Shown in pieces: positions 1-10,020 of a DNA stretch of 64,000 bases (position 1 is the stretch's first letter; each line of letters starts with the position of its first letter). The stretch lies in IMG/VR virus record IMGVR_UViG_3300010376_000004; one strand, written 5' to 3'. A program made the translations under genes and the position numbers. Source of the DNA: a virus. The notes beneath the pieces are model-generated. The model made no database searches. It worked only from the letters and a program-made list of their open reading frames with translations, and was not told the DNA's origin.

Positions 1-1823
1 AAGCCGACTCGTTTCCAGTTCGGCTCAGCTTGGTTGCGGAAAGTACTTACGTCAGTATCATCCGGTGTGGGCAGCGATGGTGTTGAGCCTAAGCCATAAC
101 CCTGTATGGCCTCCTGGTTCTTCATGTATTGTTCTGCGACACTTTCCGCAGTCGGTCCTGGCCCTATCCCATAGAAGCGATCATCGAACGTCGGATCACC
201 GCCATCCGCATAGCCCTTGTGCGGCACGCCGCGCACAAACGACGGCATCCCCAAGCCGCCGCGCATCGGCATCTTGATGCGATTACCGATCGGCAATGAC
301 ATGCCGCCGGGATAGTTGATACGGCCACCGCTTTGCACGAGAAGGAATGGCAGCATCGCCAGCAGATCGGCACCGCCGGCCGCGCCGAGATCGGCAGCAG
401 CTCCAACGCCGAGATCCGCACCGACACCGGCTAGCGCATCCGCACCCGCGGCACCAGCAAAGTCTCCAAGCATCAATGATGGATCAAGAAACGTGACATC
501 GGCACCGGTCAGGCCAGCGAGCTCGCCGCCACCGCCGATCCCCAGCGTGCCGCCCGGCAGATCCATTGCCGTTGCAGCCCCTGCACCCTCCGAAGGATCG
601 CCATAGGCCGGCGTTGTCCCAGTACCCAATCCCTTGCCAAGGCCACCCATGCCCTTCATCAGGCCGGTCATGGAGCTAAGGCTGTCGCCGCCACCGCCCT
701 GCCCACCGCTGATCATCCGCTCAAATTCTGCAGGCGGTGGCGCGGCACTGCCGGGACGAGGCAAGCCCAAACCCTGGCCGCCCCTTGTCGCCATCGGCAC
801 ATAGCTTCTGGCCATGCCGCCATACGGCGTAGAACCTAAAATACTGCTGTAGTATGCGGCGCTTGGATCGTAGGCCAGCGGTGAGCCGCCCGGCATGCCG
901 CCTGTCTGATAGCCTTTGACGGCACCGCCGTCTTTCTGTCCTCCCCCTTTATAGCCAGACATGAACAGGCCGGCACCGCCGAGCACAGTGCCGAGCGCGC
1001 CCACGCCCTGCGCCAAACCACTCGGTGCCGGTCCTGTCGTCGTTGCCGTACCGGTCGAGGTGCCGCCGGCAACGCCGCCGAGGCCCGTTTCAAGCCCGGC
1101 CAACCATTGCGCAGTCTGGAACGGATAGCCTTGCGCCATGTAGTATTGTTGGACATTGAAATAGTCCTGCGCTTGCTGGGTTTGCTGCTGTTGACCGCCA
1201 ACGCCGAGCTGCGCGCCAGCACCTTGCAGCGCACCTTGCTGCCCCGTGAGGCCGATATTGGCCAACAACGCCGCTACTGCTTGCGGGTTCTGCTGGAACT
1301 GTTGCTGCGCCAATTGGACAGCTTGGCCGTATCCTTGGTTGTAAATGTTCGCAAATGTCGGCGCCTCGCCATAAGCCTGCTGGCCGGCCAGTGCGGCTTG
1401 CGTCAAGCCAACGCGATTGCCGCCAAGCGCGCCTTGCGCCACCGCATTGCCAAGCACTTGCTGTTGTTGGGAAGCGTTGAGCTGCTTAAGCCAATCAAGC
1501 GTCGAACCCGCAACCGTGTTCAGGTACGGGTCCATGTAATAGGCGATCTGTTGCCCGGTTAACGGCTGTGCAGCCCCTGCAGCAAGGTTTCCAGCACCCC
1601 AGATGTACGGCGCGGCAAAGCCGGCACCCTGGTTGATATTGGAAAGCGCGAGGTTCTGCTCTGGCGTGAAAGGCGCGATGCTCTCGCCCACATAGGGCGC
1701 AAAGGGTGTCTGCGAGACATCCTGCGCACGGCCAAGCAAGGACTGGTAAGCGGTGTTGAGATACGCTGGAGGCGTCGTTGTGTTCGACGTCTGCTGACTG
1801 ACTGTTTGCGAACCTTTGCTCAT
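1..1823 (-). CDS. Putative DNA ejection/pilot (internal virion) protein; 3' end runs off the left edge of the window (>600 aa); not in the ORF track
   Basis: Manual translation from ATG at 1823 (ATGA overlap with the upstream stop): MSKGSQTVSQQTSNTTTPPAYLNTAYQSLLGRAQ...; Gln/Gly/Ala-rich; no stop before position 1; located after the tail genes. Confidence 0.7.
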   Translation of the reverse strand, partial: MSKGSQTVSQQTSNTTTPPAYLNTAYQSLLGRAQDVSQTPFAPYVGESIAPFTPEQNLALSNINQGAGFAAPYIWGAGNLAAGAAQPLTGQQIAYYMDPYLNTVAGSTLDWLKQLNASQQQQVLGNAVAQGALGGNRVGLTQAALAGQQAYGEAPTFANIYNQGYGQAVQLAQQQFQQNPQAVAALLANIGLTGQQGALQGAGAQLGVGGQQQQTQQAQDYFNVQQYYMAQGYPFQTAQWLAGLETGLGGVAGGTSTGTATTTGPAPSGLAQGVGALGTVLGGAGLFMSGYKGGGQKDGGAVKGYQTGGMPGGSPLAYDPSAAYYSSILGSTPYGGMARSYVPMATRGGQGLGLPRPGSAAPPPAEFERMISGGQGGGGDSLSSMTGLMKGMGGLGKGLGTGTTPAYGDPSEGAGAATAMDLPGGTLGIGGGGELAGLTGADVTFLDPSLMLGDFAGAAGADALAGVGADLGVGAAADLGAAGGADLLAMLPFLLVQSGGRINYPGGMSLPIGNRIKMPMRGGLGMPSFVRGVPHKGYADGGDPTFDDRFYGIGPGPTAESVAEQYMKNQEAIQGYGLGSTPSLPTPDDTDVSTFRNQAEPNWKRVG

Positions 1824-2416
1824 TGTCCGCCACCATTTGTTATCGGCATGACCGGCAACGGCAATGTCGTCATCCGCGACGGTAACATGGCTTGGATGAT
1901 GTTTTTCTTGTTGTCGCGTCCGTGCGAATGACGCACCCATAGATCGTCGCACGGCTTGGTTTCTTCGTTTTGCCAATGCGCGCCAATGACGAAGAACGCG
2001 CCTGCCGGCGGGCCAAGCTTTTTGCGATACATGGTTACCTTGGCCTCGAGCCGTTTGTTGGTCACGATGCCGGTGAACAACGGCACGCCGAGCGTTCGCT
2101 GACAGGTCTTGGCGAACTCGAGCAGCTCGCGCGCATAATTGCTCTTGCGGTATTGCGGGCGAACAAAGTTGAACAGTTCCTCGAGATGCGTGTCGTGCGA
2201 ATACCAGAAATGGGAAAACGCCATGTAGATCGCGGCAGCAATTTCGTTCTCACCATCGATACAGCCGATAATGCCGCCTTTTCTATCGAAAGCACGGTAG
2301 AGCATTTCCCGCACTAACTGATCGTCCATGCTGAAAATGCCATTATCGGCATGCAGCGCATGACATAGCTCCATCAGTTGGACTTCGTCGCGTTGGGTGC
2401 CGATGCGTACTGTCAT
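1820..2416 (-). CDS. GNAT-family acetyltransferase-like protein
   Basis: GNAT-like motif (ELFNFVRPQYRKSNYARELLEFAK); coupled to both neighbours by overlapping start/stop codons. Confidence 0.65.
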   Translation of the reverse strand: MTVRIGTQRDEVQLMELCHALHADNGIFSMDDQLVREMLYRAFDRKGGIIGCIDGENEIAAAIYMAFSHFWYSHDTHLEELFNFVRPQYRKSNYARELLEFAKTCQRTLGVPLFTGIVTNKRLEAKVTMYRKKLGPPAGAFFVIGAHWQNEETKPCDDLWVRHSHGRDNKKNIIQAMLPSRMTTLPLPVMPITNGGGQ

Positions 2417-3417
2417 GTCTTGGCCGGGGCTGGGAGGTTGGCGACTGTCTTCGCATATTTCTTATGCGTGGACTTCACCCAATGATCCAAGATCGCATGG
2501 CCGCGATCCAGATCTCCGTTTCCCACCCGCGCCACTTGGTGTGGCGATAAGACGTATTCGCCGCCTGCGGCCATGATCGGCACTGGTCGGCCGCTGTTGC
2601 TATGGCGTGCGCCACCGGCCGAGAACCCGCCGCTTAGACCTTTCGGCAAGCCCGGTGCGCGCATTCCCATCTTCGGCAGGCCCATACCGCGACCCATTTT
2701 CATCGGCGGCCCGAACATGTTCTTGAGGATCTGCATGCCGTTGATGGTATTGCCCTGGCCCAAGGCGCTCACATGCGCTGCCGGCAGCACGTAGCTTCCG
2801 CTTGGAACATTGATGGCATGATGGTCAGTGCGGCCGCCAACTGCGGAAATGATCGGCCCGGTATGCATGCCCTCGCGCATCAGATTGCGCATTTCCTGAT
2901 GCTGCAGCCATGAGCCACCCAAGCCGCCGCCGAACTGCATTGACGGTCGACCCATGGCACCAAGGCCAAGCTGTGGCCATTGCTGTTGTAATTGTTGATG
3001 CCACCGTTGTTGCAATTGTTGTGGCCACTGTTGCAATTGTTGTGGCGACTGTTGCGAAAACTGTTGTCCTGACTGCTGCTGCCCAAACCGCCATTGCGGC
3101 GGGCCCATCTGACCGATACCGGGCGGCATTGAACCGATACCACCAGGTGTCTGGCCTAGACCACCAAGCATGCCACCAAGACCAGCGTAGCGGTTCGGCG
3201 CATCGGCCGATGGCATCGGCGCCGCGATCGGTGCCGCTCCTGTTTCGGCACCGCCGGTTTGCTTATGCGCGACATCGCCGCCAGTCTGCAGGCCCTTGCG
3301 CTTTTCTGACATCATGATCGCGATCGCTTGTTTTTGGCTCTTTACGATCGGACCTTTCTTCGAACCGGAGTGAAGCTGTCCGTGCTTCCACTTGTGCATG
3401 ACTTGGCTAGCTGGCAT
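2413..3417 (-). CDS. Putative internal virion protein: DUF6496-like N-terminus, Gln-rich middle, xxGG motifs
   Basis: N-terminus VMHKWKHGQLHSGSKKGPIVKSQKQAIAIMMSE; poly-Q segment; two similar C-terminal motifs (SGSYVLPAAHVSALG / GGEYVLSPHQVARVG). Confidence 0.55.
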   Translation of the reverse strand: MPASQVMHKWKHGQLHSGSKKGPIVKSQKQAIAIMMSEKRKGLQTGGDVAHKQTGGAETGAAPIAAPMPSADAPNRYAGLGGMLGGLGQTPGGIGSMPPGIGQMGPPQWRFGQQQSGQQFSQQSPQQLQQWPQQLQQRWHQQLQQQWPQLGLGAMGRPSMQFGGGLGGSWLQHQEMRNLMREGMHTGPIISAVGGRTDHHAINVPSGSYVLPAAHVSALGQGNTINGMQILKNMFGPPMKMGRGMGLPKMGMRAPGLPKGLSGGFSAGGARHSNSGRPVPIMAAGGEYVLSPHQVARVGNGDLDRGHAILDHWVKSTHKKYAKTVANLPAPAKT

Positions 3418-3435
3418 GGCGCATCTTATCCCTGA

Positions 3436-3852
3436 TCAGACAAACTCCAAAATGAGCAGGCAGTTGGTAGTTCCAGTTGTCGCGATAGCCGTCCAACCGC
3501 AGTTGCAGCCAAGATCCGGCGTAAAGATAATACTACTACCGCCTGCGATCCCAATGCTTTGGCCGACGACCGCTGTATTCAGCGGCGTAATGAAAATTGT
3601 CGAAGCTGCCGTGACATTGCAGTTGTAGAAAGCAATCGCTCGCCGTGTGGAACGAAATGGCACGATAGCCAAACCCGCCGCGGTGCCGATCGCTGTCTGC
3701 AACGTTGCCACTGGCGATGTGATGCCCTGCGTGGCGAACCGGCCGGGAGCGGCAAAAGCCTGCAAGATCGAACTGGTCGTGCCCGAGATGAACTGCGACA
3801 GGTTCAGGACACCGTTCTTTAAGTTCGAAACGACGTCATCAATTTGTGCCAT
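3436..3852 (-). CDS. Small structural protein
   Basis: 138-aa Thr/Ala-rich ORF coupled (TAATG) to the upstream tail gene. Confidence 0.55.
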   Translation of the reverse strand: MAQIDDVVSNLKNGVLNLSQFISGTTSSILQAFAAPGRFATQGITSPVATLQTAIGTAAGLAIVPFRSTRRAIAFYNCNVTAASTIFITPLNTAVVGQSIGIAGGSSIIFTPDLGCNCGWTAIATTGTTNCLLILEFV

Positions 3853-5921
3853 TAGCGCCGTCCTGCCGGTGCCCAGCGATAGCGAACGCGGCCGAGCCGC
3901 CAGAAGCTGTGCAGATCGCTCGACTGCACCGTGATCGACATTTGCCGGCCACGGAACCGGACGATCAGATACTGCGTGGACTGGGTAACCGTATAAGGTC
4001 CGTAGGTCTGCGGCGTGTCGCCAGGAAAGTTCACCACGTTAAACGTCAGGATGATCTGTGCGGCCTGTGAGGCACCGAAGAACCCCCATTTGAAGTCGGG
4101 CATGATCTGGTCGACAAAGGCAAAGTCCTCGCCTTCAGCAATAAAGAAATAGCCAGTGGTGAATGCCGCGTTTAATACCGCGCCATCAGCATCATTGGTG
4201 GTTTCATGCTGGTAGATCACGCCGCCGGTATTGGCACCGATCGGCATGCCAAGAATGCTCTGATCCATCCAGGCCGAGCGCTGCAATACGTTGGCGGCAC
4301 CATAGTCCCATGGCGCATCCGGTTCGGTGATGTTGAACTTGACGTAGCTGTCACACTCCCCGCTCGATGACGCGCTCGACGGGAATAGCCATCCTACTTC
4401 ATTAAACGGCGTATTCGGCATGGCACGAACATTTTGCGTAAAGCTTGTGTTGATGTTCTGGAATACGAAGTCCCACACCGGGCATGGCAAGACTTGTACG
4501 CCGCCTGCGGCGGCAGCATAGAAATTGGTCGGCCCCATCCAGTAAACATTTCCGCGCAGACGCTGCGCCGCATGTGAGGAAATCAGGCCTGCGCCAGAGC
4601 CAATTTCATTGAAGCCGAAGACAAAGGGCGGGCCTAAATAGTTCATTGCCCAACAGTCCAGCTCCGTCCAGATCAGGTTCTGGTTCGGAGTCGCCATGCC
4701 GCCGCGGATCGTCGTGCCTTTGGGGATGCGAAAACTGCCAGCTTGGTTTTGGTTGGCCAACGCCGTAAATTGCGTAAAGTCACCAACAGTAGACCAGCGC
4801 ACTAACAACGGATCTTGGTCAATGCCTCCCATCTGCAAGTTGACCGTTGAAGCCCAGCACACCAGGATCTGTTCTGACGTGGAAACAAAGATACCGCCAT
4901 TGAACGGCGGTGCCGTCGCCAGGATATCGGCCTGAAGAAAGCCACCAGTCGGATCGAAGAAATAAACGCCACCGCCTTGCGGACATGCCAGTGCGAACTC
5001 GCCCCAATTATCGCTAGTCCAGTCAGTTGCCGTGATCGGTGATCCGGTCGTAGCACTTCCACCGCCGCCGGTCCCAAGACCATAGCCGCCGCTGCCATAA
5101 GCACCGACCCCATAACCGGCGCCAGCAGGGGGTGGTCCCTGGCCGAGATAATAGACAATTTGGGTATTGCCAGCGTTCATCGAAAAACTGCTCGAGGCAG
5201 TCGCCTGAGTGGTCGCATTGATATTGAAGCTGTTGGGCAGGTTCAGGCCAACGACCGTGTAGTCTTTAAAAATAGTCACTCCGTTTCCGGTCGTTGAAAC
5301 CGGGAAGCTTACAATTATCCCAGCGCCAAATTGAGTGATGCCATGCCCATTCAATGTAACTTGGACAATACTGCTGCCGCTGGTGGTGGTGAACGATGGC
5401 ACGGCACCGCCGTTGCTCACATTGGCCGTTGCGTTGCTCGCAGCCAGGATCTGATAGGAACTGCCGCCCAGCGTTTGGTAAACCGGATAAATGCCGTTCA
5501 AGATGAGGCCGCCGACCGATACCGGCGTGTTGAATAGGATCGTATCGTTGAGGCCAATGCTATTAACGTTACTATCGGTAATGCTGACGACGTTACTGCC
5601 AATTGTCGTGGTGAAATTAGGCGCAAAATTTGAAGTGAATGTTCGCGGGGTAATATCCACCAAAGTGCTGCCAGTGATCATACCCAGCGTTGTGGTCGTG
5701 CCGACCAATAAATGAAGATTGCTGCTGAGATCCTCCCAAGCATGCAGATCGCGCGGCACGCCATTTAATGCAAATGGATAAAGCCGCGACCAGCCACCAT
5801 ACTTCTGCACCAATTGATCCCTGAACCGGACCAATTGGCTAGAGACAAAGCCGGCCGTCAGTAAGGTCGGTGTTCGCTCGACATTGACTCCCGGCTGCAA
5901 TGTGACTGAGCCGAACGGCAT
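3852..5921 (-). CDS. Tail nozzle/stabilisation protein (P22 gp10 / T7 gp12-like)
   Basis: 689 aa; N-terminus MPFGSVTLQPGVNVERT and C-terminus RFRGRQMSITVQSSDLHSFWRLGRVRY typical of podoviral nozzle proteins; synteny. Confidence 0.7.
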   Translation of the reverse strand: MPFGSVTLQPGVNVERTPTLLTAGFVSSQLVRFRDQLVQKYGGWSRLYPFALNGVPRDLHAWEDLSSNLHLLVGTTTTLGMITGSTLVDITPRTFTSNFAPNFTTTIGSNVVSITDSNVNSIGLNDTILFNTPVSVGGLILNGIYPVYQTLGGSSYQILAASNATANVSNGGAVPSFTTTSGSSIVQVTLNGHGITQFGAGIIVSFPVSTTGNGVTIFKDYTVVGLNLPNSFNINATTQATASSSFSMNAGNTQIVYYLGQGPPPAGAGYGVGAYGSGGYGLGTGGGGSATTGSPITATDWTSDNWGEFALACPQGGGVYFFDPTGGFLQADILATAPPFNGGIFVSTSEQILVCWASTVNLQMGGIDQDPLLVRWSTVGDFTQFTALANQNQAGSFRIPKGTTIRGGMATPNQNLIWTELDCWAMNYLGPPFVFGFNEIGSGAGLISSHAAQRLRGNVYWMGPTNFYAAAAGGVQVLPCPVWDFVFQNINTSFTQNVRAMPNTPFNEVGWLFPSSASSSGECDSYVKFNITEPDAPWDYGAANVLQRSAWMDQSILGMPIGANTGGVIYQHETTNDADGAVLNAAFTTGYFFIAEGEDFAFVDQIMPDFKWGFFGASQAAQIILTFNVVNFPGDTPQTYGPYTVTQSTQYLIVRFRGRQMSITVQSSDLHSFWRLGRVRYRWAPAGRR

Positions 5922-5925
5922 GGCG

Positions 5926-6909
5926 TCACGTCTTGATCAGCGCCAGGAACGAAACAATTGTCGGCTGCACTATCGTCATGGCACCGCCGCCGCCAGTGCT
6001 CGCATTGCTGACAGTGATACCGGTGGTGCTGGAACCCGTGGTGTGTGTACTAGTGGCGGTGGCAACGGTAAACTGCGACGTCCCATCCTGATGGAAGTTC
6101 GTGTCTCGATCCTGGTACGAATGCGAGTGGCCGGGATCGGTGACACTGGCGTTGTGCGTATGCGATGGCAGTTCGGAAACGGCGATCGCATGCGTTTCAG
6201 TCCCGCCGGCCGACCCCATGGTCGTACCGCTAACAGGACTGGTCATGCGGCCGGTAGAGCCAGTGTCATAAGCAACGCGCATGCGCGCCCGTTCATCGGG
6301 AACGCCGAATGTCGTCGCGCCATTGCCACCAAATGTCGAGCCTAATAGCGCGCCCAATGCCGGATAAACGCTGGTGCTATAAGTCGTGCCATCTTTGAGC
6401 AGGTACGGCTTGACGGTACAGGCAGTGATCCATGCCGGCACCGATGTGACACCGTGCAGATCGAGCGCAGCGCCGACCGGCATCGCGTCGACATAGTCAA
6501 TGTTTGTTCCATCGTGGAAGATCGTAACCTTCTGCCCAGGCGGCAACCCACAGGCATTGCCAAGACCAGATGAAGTTACCTGAACGTAGCTCGTGCCAAC
6601 CGTGCATTGGTTGTGGAACACATAGCGGCCCGGCATGCCAAGCGTCAGCACGCAATTGCCCGTTAACGTACCAGTCAATTTGATCAGCGAGTTCTGGCTC
6701 TGGTTGGGCCCGGCGCCGGGAGTAATCGAACCGGCAGGTAACGACAGCGCGATCGTAGTCGCCGACGACAGCGCTATGGTCGCCACGCCGCCGAGCATGC
6801 CGTCGATAGAGCTGAAATTGGGGTTCAGCGCTGCAGTACCCCAAGCCCCGGTCAGGTCGCCGGTATTTGGAACGATCAGCGCAACATTGATGGTGTTCGG
6901 TTCGGGCAT
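5926..6909 (-). CDS. Tail fibre protein with phage tail-collar domain
   Basis: Collar motif YLLKDGTTYSTSVYPALGALLGSTFGGNGATTFGVPDERAR; C-terminal GGTETH...HSH...IVQPT. Confidence 0.8.
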   Translation of the reverse strand: MPEPNTINVALIVPNTGDLTGAWGTAALNPNFSSIDGMLGGVATIALSSATTIALSLPAGSITPGAGPNQSQNSLIKLTGTLTGNCVLTLGMPGRYVFHNQCTVGTSYVQVTSSGLGNACGLPPGQKVTIFHDGTNIDYVDAMPVGAALDLHGVTSVPAWITACTVKPYLLKDGTTYSTSVYPALGALLGSTFGGNGATTFGVPDERARMRVAYDTGSTGRMTSPVSGTTMGSAGGTETHAIAVSELPSHTHNASVTDPGHSHSYQDRDTNFHQDGTSQFTVATATSTHTTGSSTTGITVSNASTGGGGAMTIVQPTIVSFLALIKT

Positions 6910-6910
6910 T

Positions 6911-7624
6911 TCATGTTCTCGGCGGTGTTACGATCGGCGATGGGGAGTGCGATGACCACCCTTCTGCCGTGAATTTCTTGCGTGCTTCTTCGACCTGGGC
7001 CGACCCATACAGCATCTTATAGCTGGCCTCCCATGCTGCCGCTTGCGCAGTCGCCATCTGGTTTGTTGTTGCAGTCTGGCCTTGGAAACCCCAAGCGAAC
7101 GACAAGGCACCGGCCAAGAATAGATCGGGGAAATATACGCTAAGTAGTGTCGTTACATTGGTCGAGGACAGGGCTAAGGGCCGGATCGTGCCGACCACTT
7201 CGACCTGATAGGGTTGATCAGGCCATGGTCCGACGATGATCGAAGTCTGCGTCGTCATCGCAAAATAAACTGGCACTGCGGAACCAGCGGCCGATGGGTA
7301 GAGCGTATTGATAAAGACACGCGATGTCGGCATCAGCTCGTTGCGCGTAGCAACATCCGGAGTTGTCTGGTTGGCAGGCGTCAATGCATAGATGTTCTCA
7401 AGCACGACGAAAGTGCCATTGGTGGACGGCAAATTGAAAGTCCTGGTGCCTGTCGTAAACGCTGCCGTCGCATCACGGGTGATAGTGTTGAGGAGATCTA
7501 GCTCGCGATAGCATCGCTGCTCAGCCGCGTCGATCGTCGCCGGCACCAAAGTGATAAAGTCGGCATCGGTCTGTCTGATGCTCAAGCCTTCCGCCAAACG
7601 CGATACGAAGTCCACGTAGTTCAT
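6911..7624 (-). CDS. Head-tail adaptor-like protein, paralogue 2
   Basis: MNYVDFVSRLAE...IDAAEQRCYRELDL...IIVGPWPDQPYQVEVVGTIRP; aligns by eye with 7621..8313. Confidence 0.6.
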   Translation of the reverse strand: MNYVDFVSRLAEGLSIRQTDADFITLVPATIDAAEQRCYRELDLLNTITRDATAAFTTGTRTFNLPSTNGTFVVLENIYALTPANQTTPDVATRNELMPTSRVFINTLYPSAAGSAVPVYFAMTTQTSIIVGPWPDQPYQVEVVGTIRPLALSSTNVTTLLSVYFPDLFLAGALSFAWGFQGQTATTNQMATAQAAAWEASYKMLYGSAQVEEARKKFTAEGWSSHSPSPIVTPPRT

Positions 7625-8313
7625 GGCCTAGCCCGCGCCTCAACATCCTGGTTGTACTTGCGACGCATTTCTTCAGCACTGGCCGATGCCATGTGCGCCT
7701 GATACTGGCTTTCCCAATGCTGACCTTGCTGCGGGTTATCACTCGCTGCGCTGAAGTTCTGCTGATAGCCGCTGGCGAACACCATCGACGCATCAATGAA
7801 CAGATCCGGCAGATATTGCGTCAGGTAGGTCGTTGAGTTCGACGCCGACAGCGGCGTTGGCCGGATGGTGCCGATGACCTCGACGTTATAGGACGCATCG
7901 GGCGGCGGCCCGACGATGATTGTCTGGTCGCTGATCATGGCAAATTTGGATGGCACTGATGTTCCAGATGCTGTCTCGAGCGGAAAAAGAAAGTCCAACA
8001 TGGCCCGCCATGTCGGTTGCAGTGGATTGCGTGTTCCGGTGGTTGTAGTCGAGCCGACCGGCGTGATGACATTGACGCCAGTCACCGTATTGAAACGGCC
8101 TGCCGACATTGGCAGCGCAAAAGTCCGGTTGTTGGGAGTCAAGTTCGCCGAGGTGTCCCGCACCACCGTTCCCAACAAATTAAGCTCACGATAGATGCGC
8201 TGCTCTGCATCATCGATGATGTTCGGCAGGATCGCCATGAAGTTCGGATCATTGGACGGAACCACTAGGAGAACGGCTAGATCAGATACGTATTGGCTGT
8301 AATTATAGGACAT
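7621..8313 (-). CDS. Head-tail adaptor-like protein, paralogue 1 (start moved to ATG 8313)
   Basis: MSYNYSQYVSDL...IDDAEQRIYRELNL...IIVGPPPDASYNVEVIGTIRP; TGATG coupling at 8313. Confidence 0.6.
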   Translation of the reverse strand: MSYNYSQYVSDLAVLLVVPSNDPNFMAILPNIIDDAEQRIYRELNLLGTVVRDTSANLTPNNRTFALPMSAGRFNTVTGVNVITPVGSTTTTGTRNPLQPTWRAMLDFLFPLETASGTSVPSKFAMISDQTIIVGPPPDASYNVEVIGTIRPTPLSASNSTTYLTQYLPDLFIDASMVFASGYQQNFSAASDNPQQGQHWESQYQAHMASASAEEMRRKYNQDVEARARP

Positions 8314-9293
8314 CACCAGCTCCTGAAAGCAACGATCTGGCAGTTCCAGGTCGCCAAATTCTGCTGGGTGAAGTTCGCTGCTTGGCTTCCGGCGGCAGTC
8401 TGAATGCTGTATGCGGCGGCATCGCCGAGAGCCGCCGGCAATGCAGTCCATGGCGGATTGGCGGCAGAAAACAAGCCGCCGACCTGGATAACAGCAAACA
8501 GCAGATCGCTGTAATTTGTCTTGATGGTCGGTTGGTTGACCAGCACCCCAAGACCGCTGGCAAACACTTCATTATCGAACGGCAACACAGAGGCACCGGA
8601 GAACTCGGCGACGAATGTCTCCATGGCCAGCAACGTGTTCGGCGCCGTCACGGTGATCGCCTTCAACGCGCCCGGCGGCACATTAGGCAGATAGAAAACG
8701 CACACGCCAACGGAGGCGCTGCCGCCGCCAGTGCCGCCAGTGCTGCCGGCAAGGCCAGTCTCAGCAAGCCCGGTCATGCCAAGACCAAGACCGCTGGTGC
8801 CTTCAGCCGCACCGCTGACGATAGTGCCCATAGCCGTGGTAATGCCAGCCGGCGTCAGTGTGTAGACATTAGGACGGGCGTCACTTGCGGCCAAACTGGG
8901 CGTGATCCCGTTGAACACCACGCCCAGCACGACCAAGTTGCCCTGCATCGGGTTGCGCGGTAGCGACACCGTGCATTGGGCTTGGTTGACACTACTCGCC
9001 GCTGCCTGCTGTACCAGAGCGAAGGCCGAACCTTCCTCCATGGTGTAAGGCTCTGGCCGCGCATTGAGGATCGGTTCAGGATCGGGAGGAAGAATGATGG
9101 TGCCGAGCTGGCGCTGCGGCTTGTCCAGCATATCTGGCGCCACTAGGATCTTCAGGTTCACCAATTGCGCGCCGCGCCAATCAAATTGCCAAGCCAATTT
9201 CTCATGGTTGGTGATGAAGCCGCTGCGGTCACATGTTCCCCAGCCGCGCGGCGATCGCGGGTTGACGCTAGCCCTTCGTGGATGCGGCCGCAT
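8313..9293 (-). CDS. Virion protein: conserved small N-terminal domain plus Gly/Thr-rich beta-rich extension
   Basis: N-terminal GTCDRSGF...DKPQ...PPDPEPILNARPE resembles a small protein usually found next to the adaptor in such phages. Confidence 0.5.
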   Translation of the reverse strand: MRPHPRRASVNPRSPRGWGTCDRSGFITNHEKLAWQFDWRGAQLVNLKILVAPDMLDKPQRQLGTIILPPDPEPILNARPEPYTMEEGSAFALVQQAAASSVNQAQCTVSLPRNPMQGNLVVLGVVFNGITPSLAASDARPNVYTLTPAGITTAMGTIVSGAAEGTSGLGLGMTGLAETGLAGSTGGTGGGSASVGVCVFYLPNVPPGALKAITVTAPNTLLAMETFVAEFSGASVLPFDNEVFASGLGVLVNQPTIKTNYSDLLFAVIQVGGLFSAANPPWTALPAALGDAAAYSIQTAAGSQAANFTQQNLATWNCQIVAFRSW

Positions 9294-9296
9294 GGC

Positions 9297-9992
9297 CTAG
9301 CGCCTGTAATACTGCGCCAACCCTGGCGCCAGCATGAAGGGCACATTCTCGGTATCCTGGGCCGCTGCCTGCTGCCATGCCTCCTGCGCGTCGGCCTTGC
9401 GGATCTGCTCCATTTGCGGTGCGTAAACGCGGCTGAGCCGGTGTGCCAAGCCGGCCACCAGCGCGTCGAGCCAGCGATAGGGAACGTCAGGCGTCTCCCC
9501 GCTGGGCAGATTAGCGTCGAACATCTGCGTGCAATAGAAGTAGTCCAGCGTATAAGGCCCGGCGTTATCAGGCACTGGCCAAAATGTAATGGTGGGCGAA
9601 ATCAGACGGTCAAACCAATAGACCGTAGGCGGGCCTCGCGTTTGCTGGTTGCCGAATGACAGATATTCGGTGCGGGATATAGGCGTAATGTAACGGCGGC
9701 TCTCATTGAGCGTACCGAAGTTCAATACGATGCTCGCATCCAAGATCATGATGGTCTGCGGCACGATCGGGTAAGTCGCCGTACCGGCAACGAGCGTCGT
9801 CTGTGTCCGGGTTACTTCCCACAGGTTCGGCGTCATGTTCGCCCAGGACGCGAACATGTAGTTCAGCTCTCTCCTGGCGGAAAACATGTGTTCCTGGCGG
9901 ATCTCTGGGGCGCGGATCTGCACCCGCTCGAAGGCCGAGAGGACCAGTTCACCGTTGGATGGCGCAAACGAGTAAGTACCGCTTGAGGTCAT
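9297..9992 (-). CDS. Head-tail connector/adaptor protein
   Basis: MTSSGTYSF...SAFERVQIR...ARRELNYMFASWAN...NLW...GPPTVYWFDR...DVPYRWLDALVAGLA. Confidence 0.65.
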   Translation of the reverse strand: MTSSGTYSFAPSNGELVLSAFERVQIRAPEIRQEHMFSARRELNYMFASWANMTPNLWEVTRTQTTLVAGTATYPIVPQTIMILDASIVLNFGTLNESRRYITPISRTEYLSFGNQQTRGPPTVYWFDRLISPTITFWPVPDNAGPYTLDYFYCTQMFDANLPSGETPDVPYRWLDALVAGLAHRLSRVYAPQMEQIRKADAQEAWQQAAAQDTENVPFMLAPGLAQYYRR

Positions 9993-10020
9993 TGCCTGAT
10001 CGCAGTTACCCCACCCACGA

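Noticed and set aside
65-1836. ORF-track entries in the first 1.8 kb
   Set aside because: All are shadows of one continuous minus-strand ORF starting at 1823 that the track missed because it has no stop in the window
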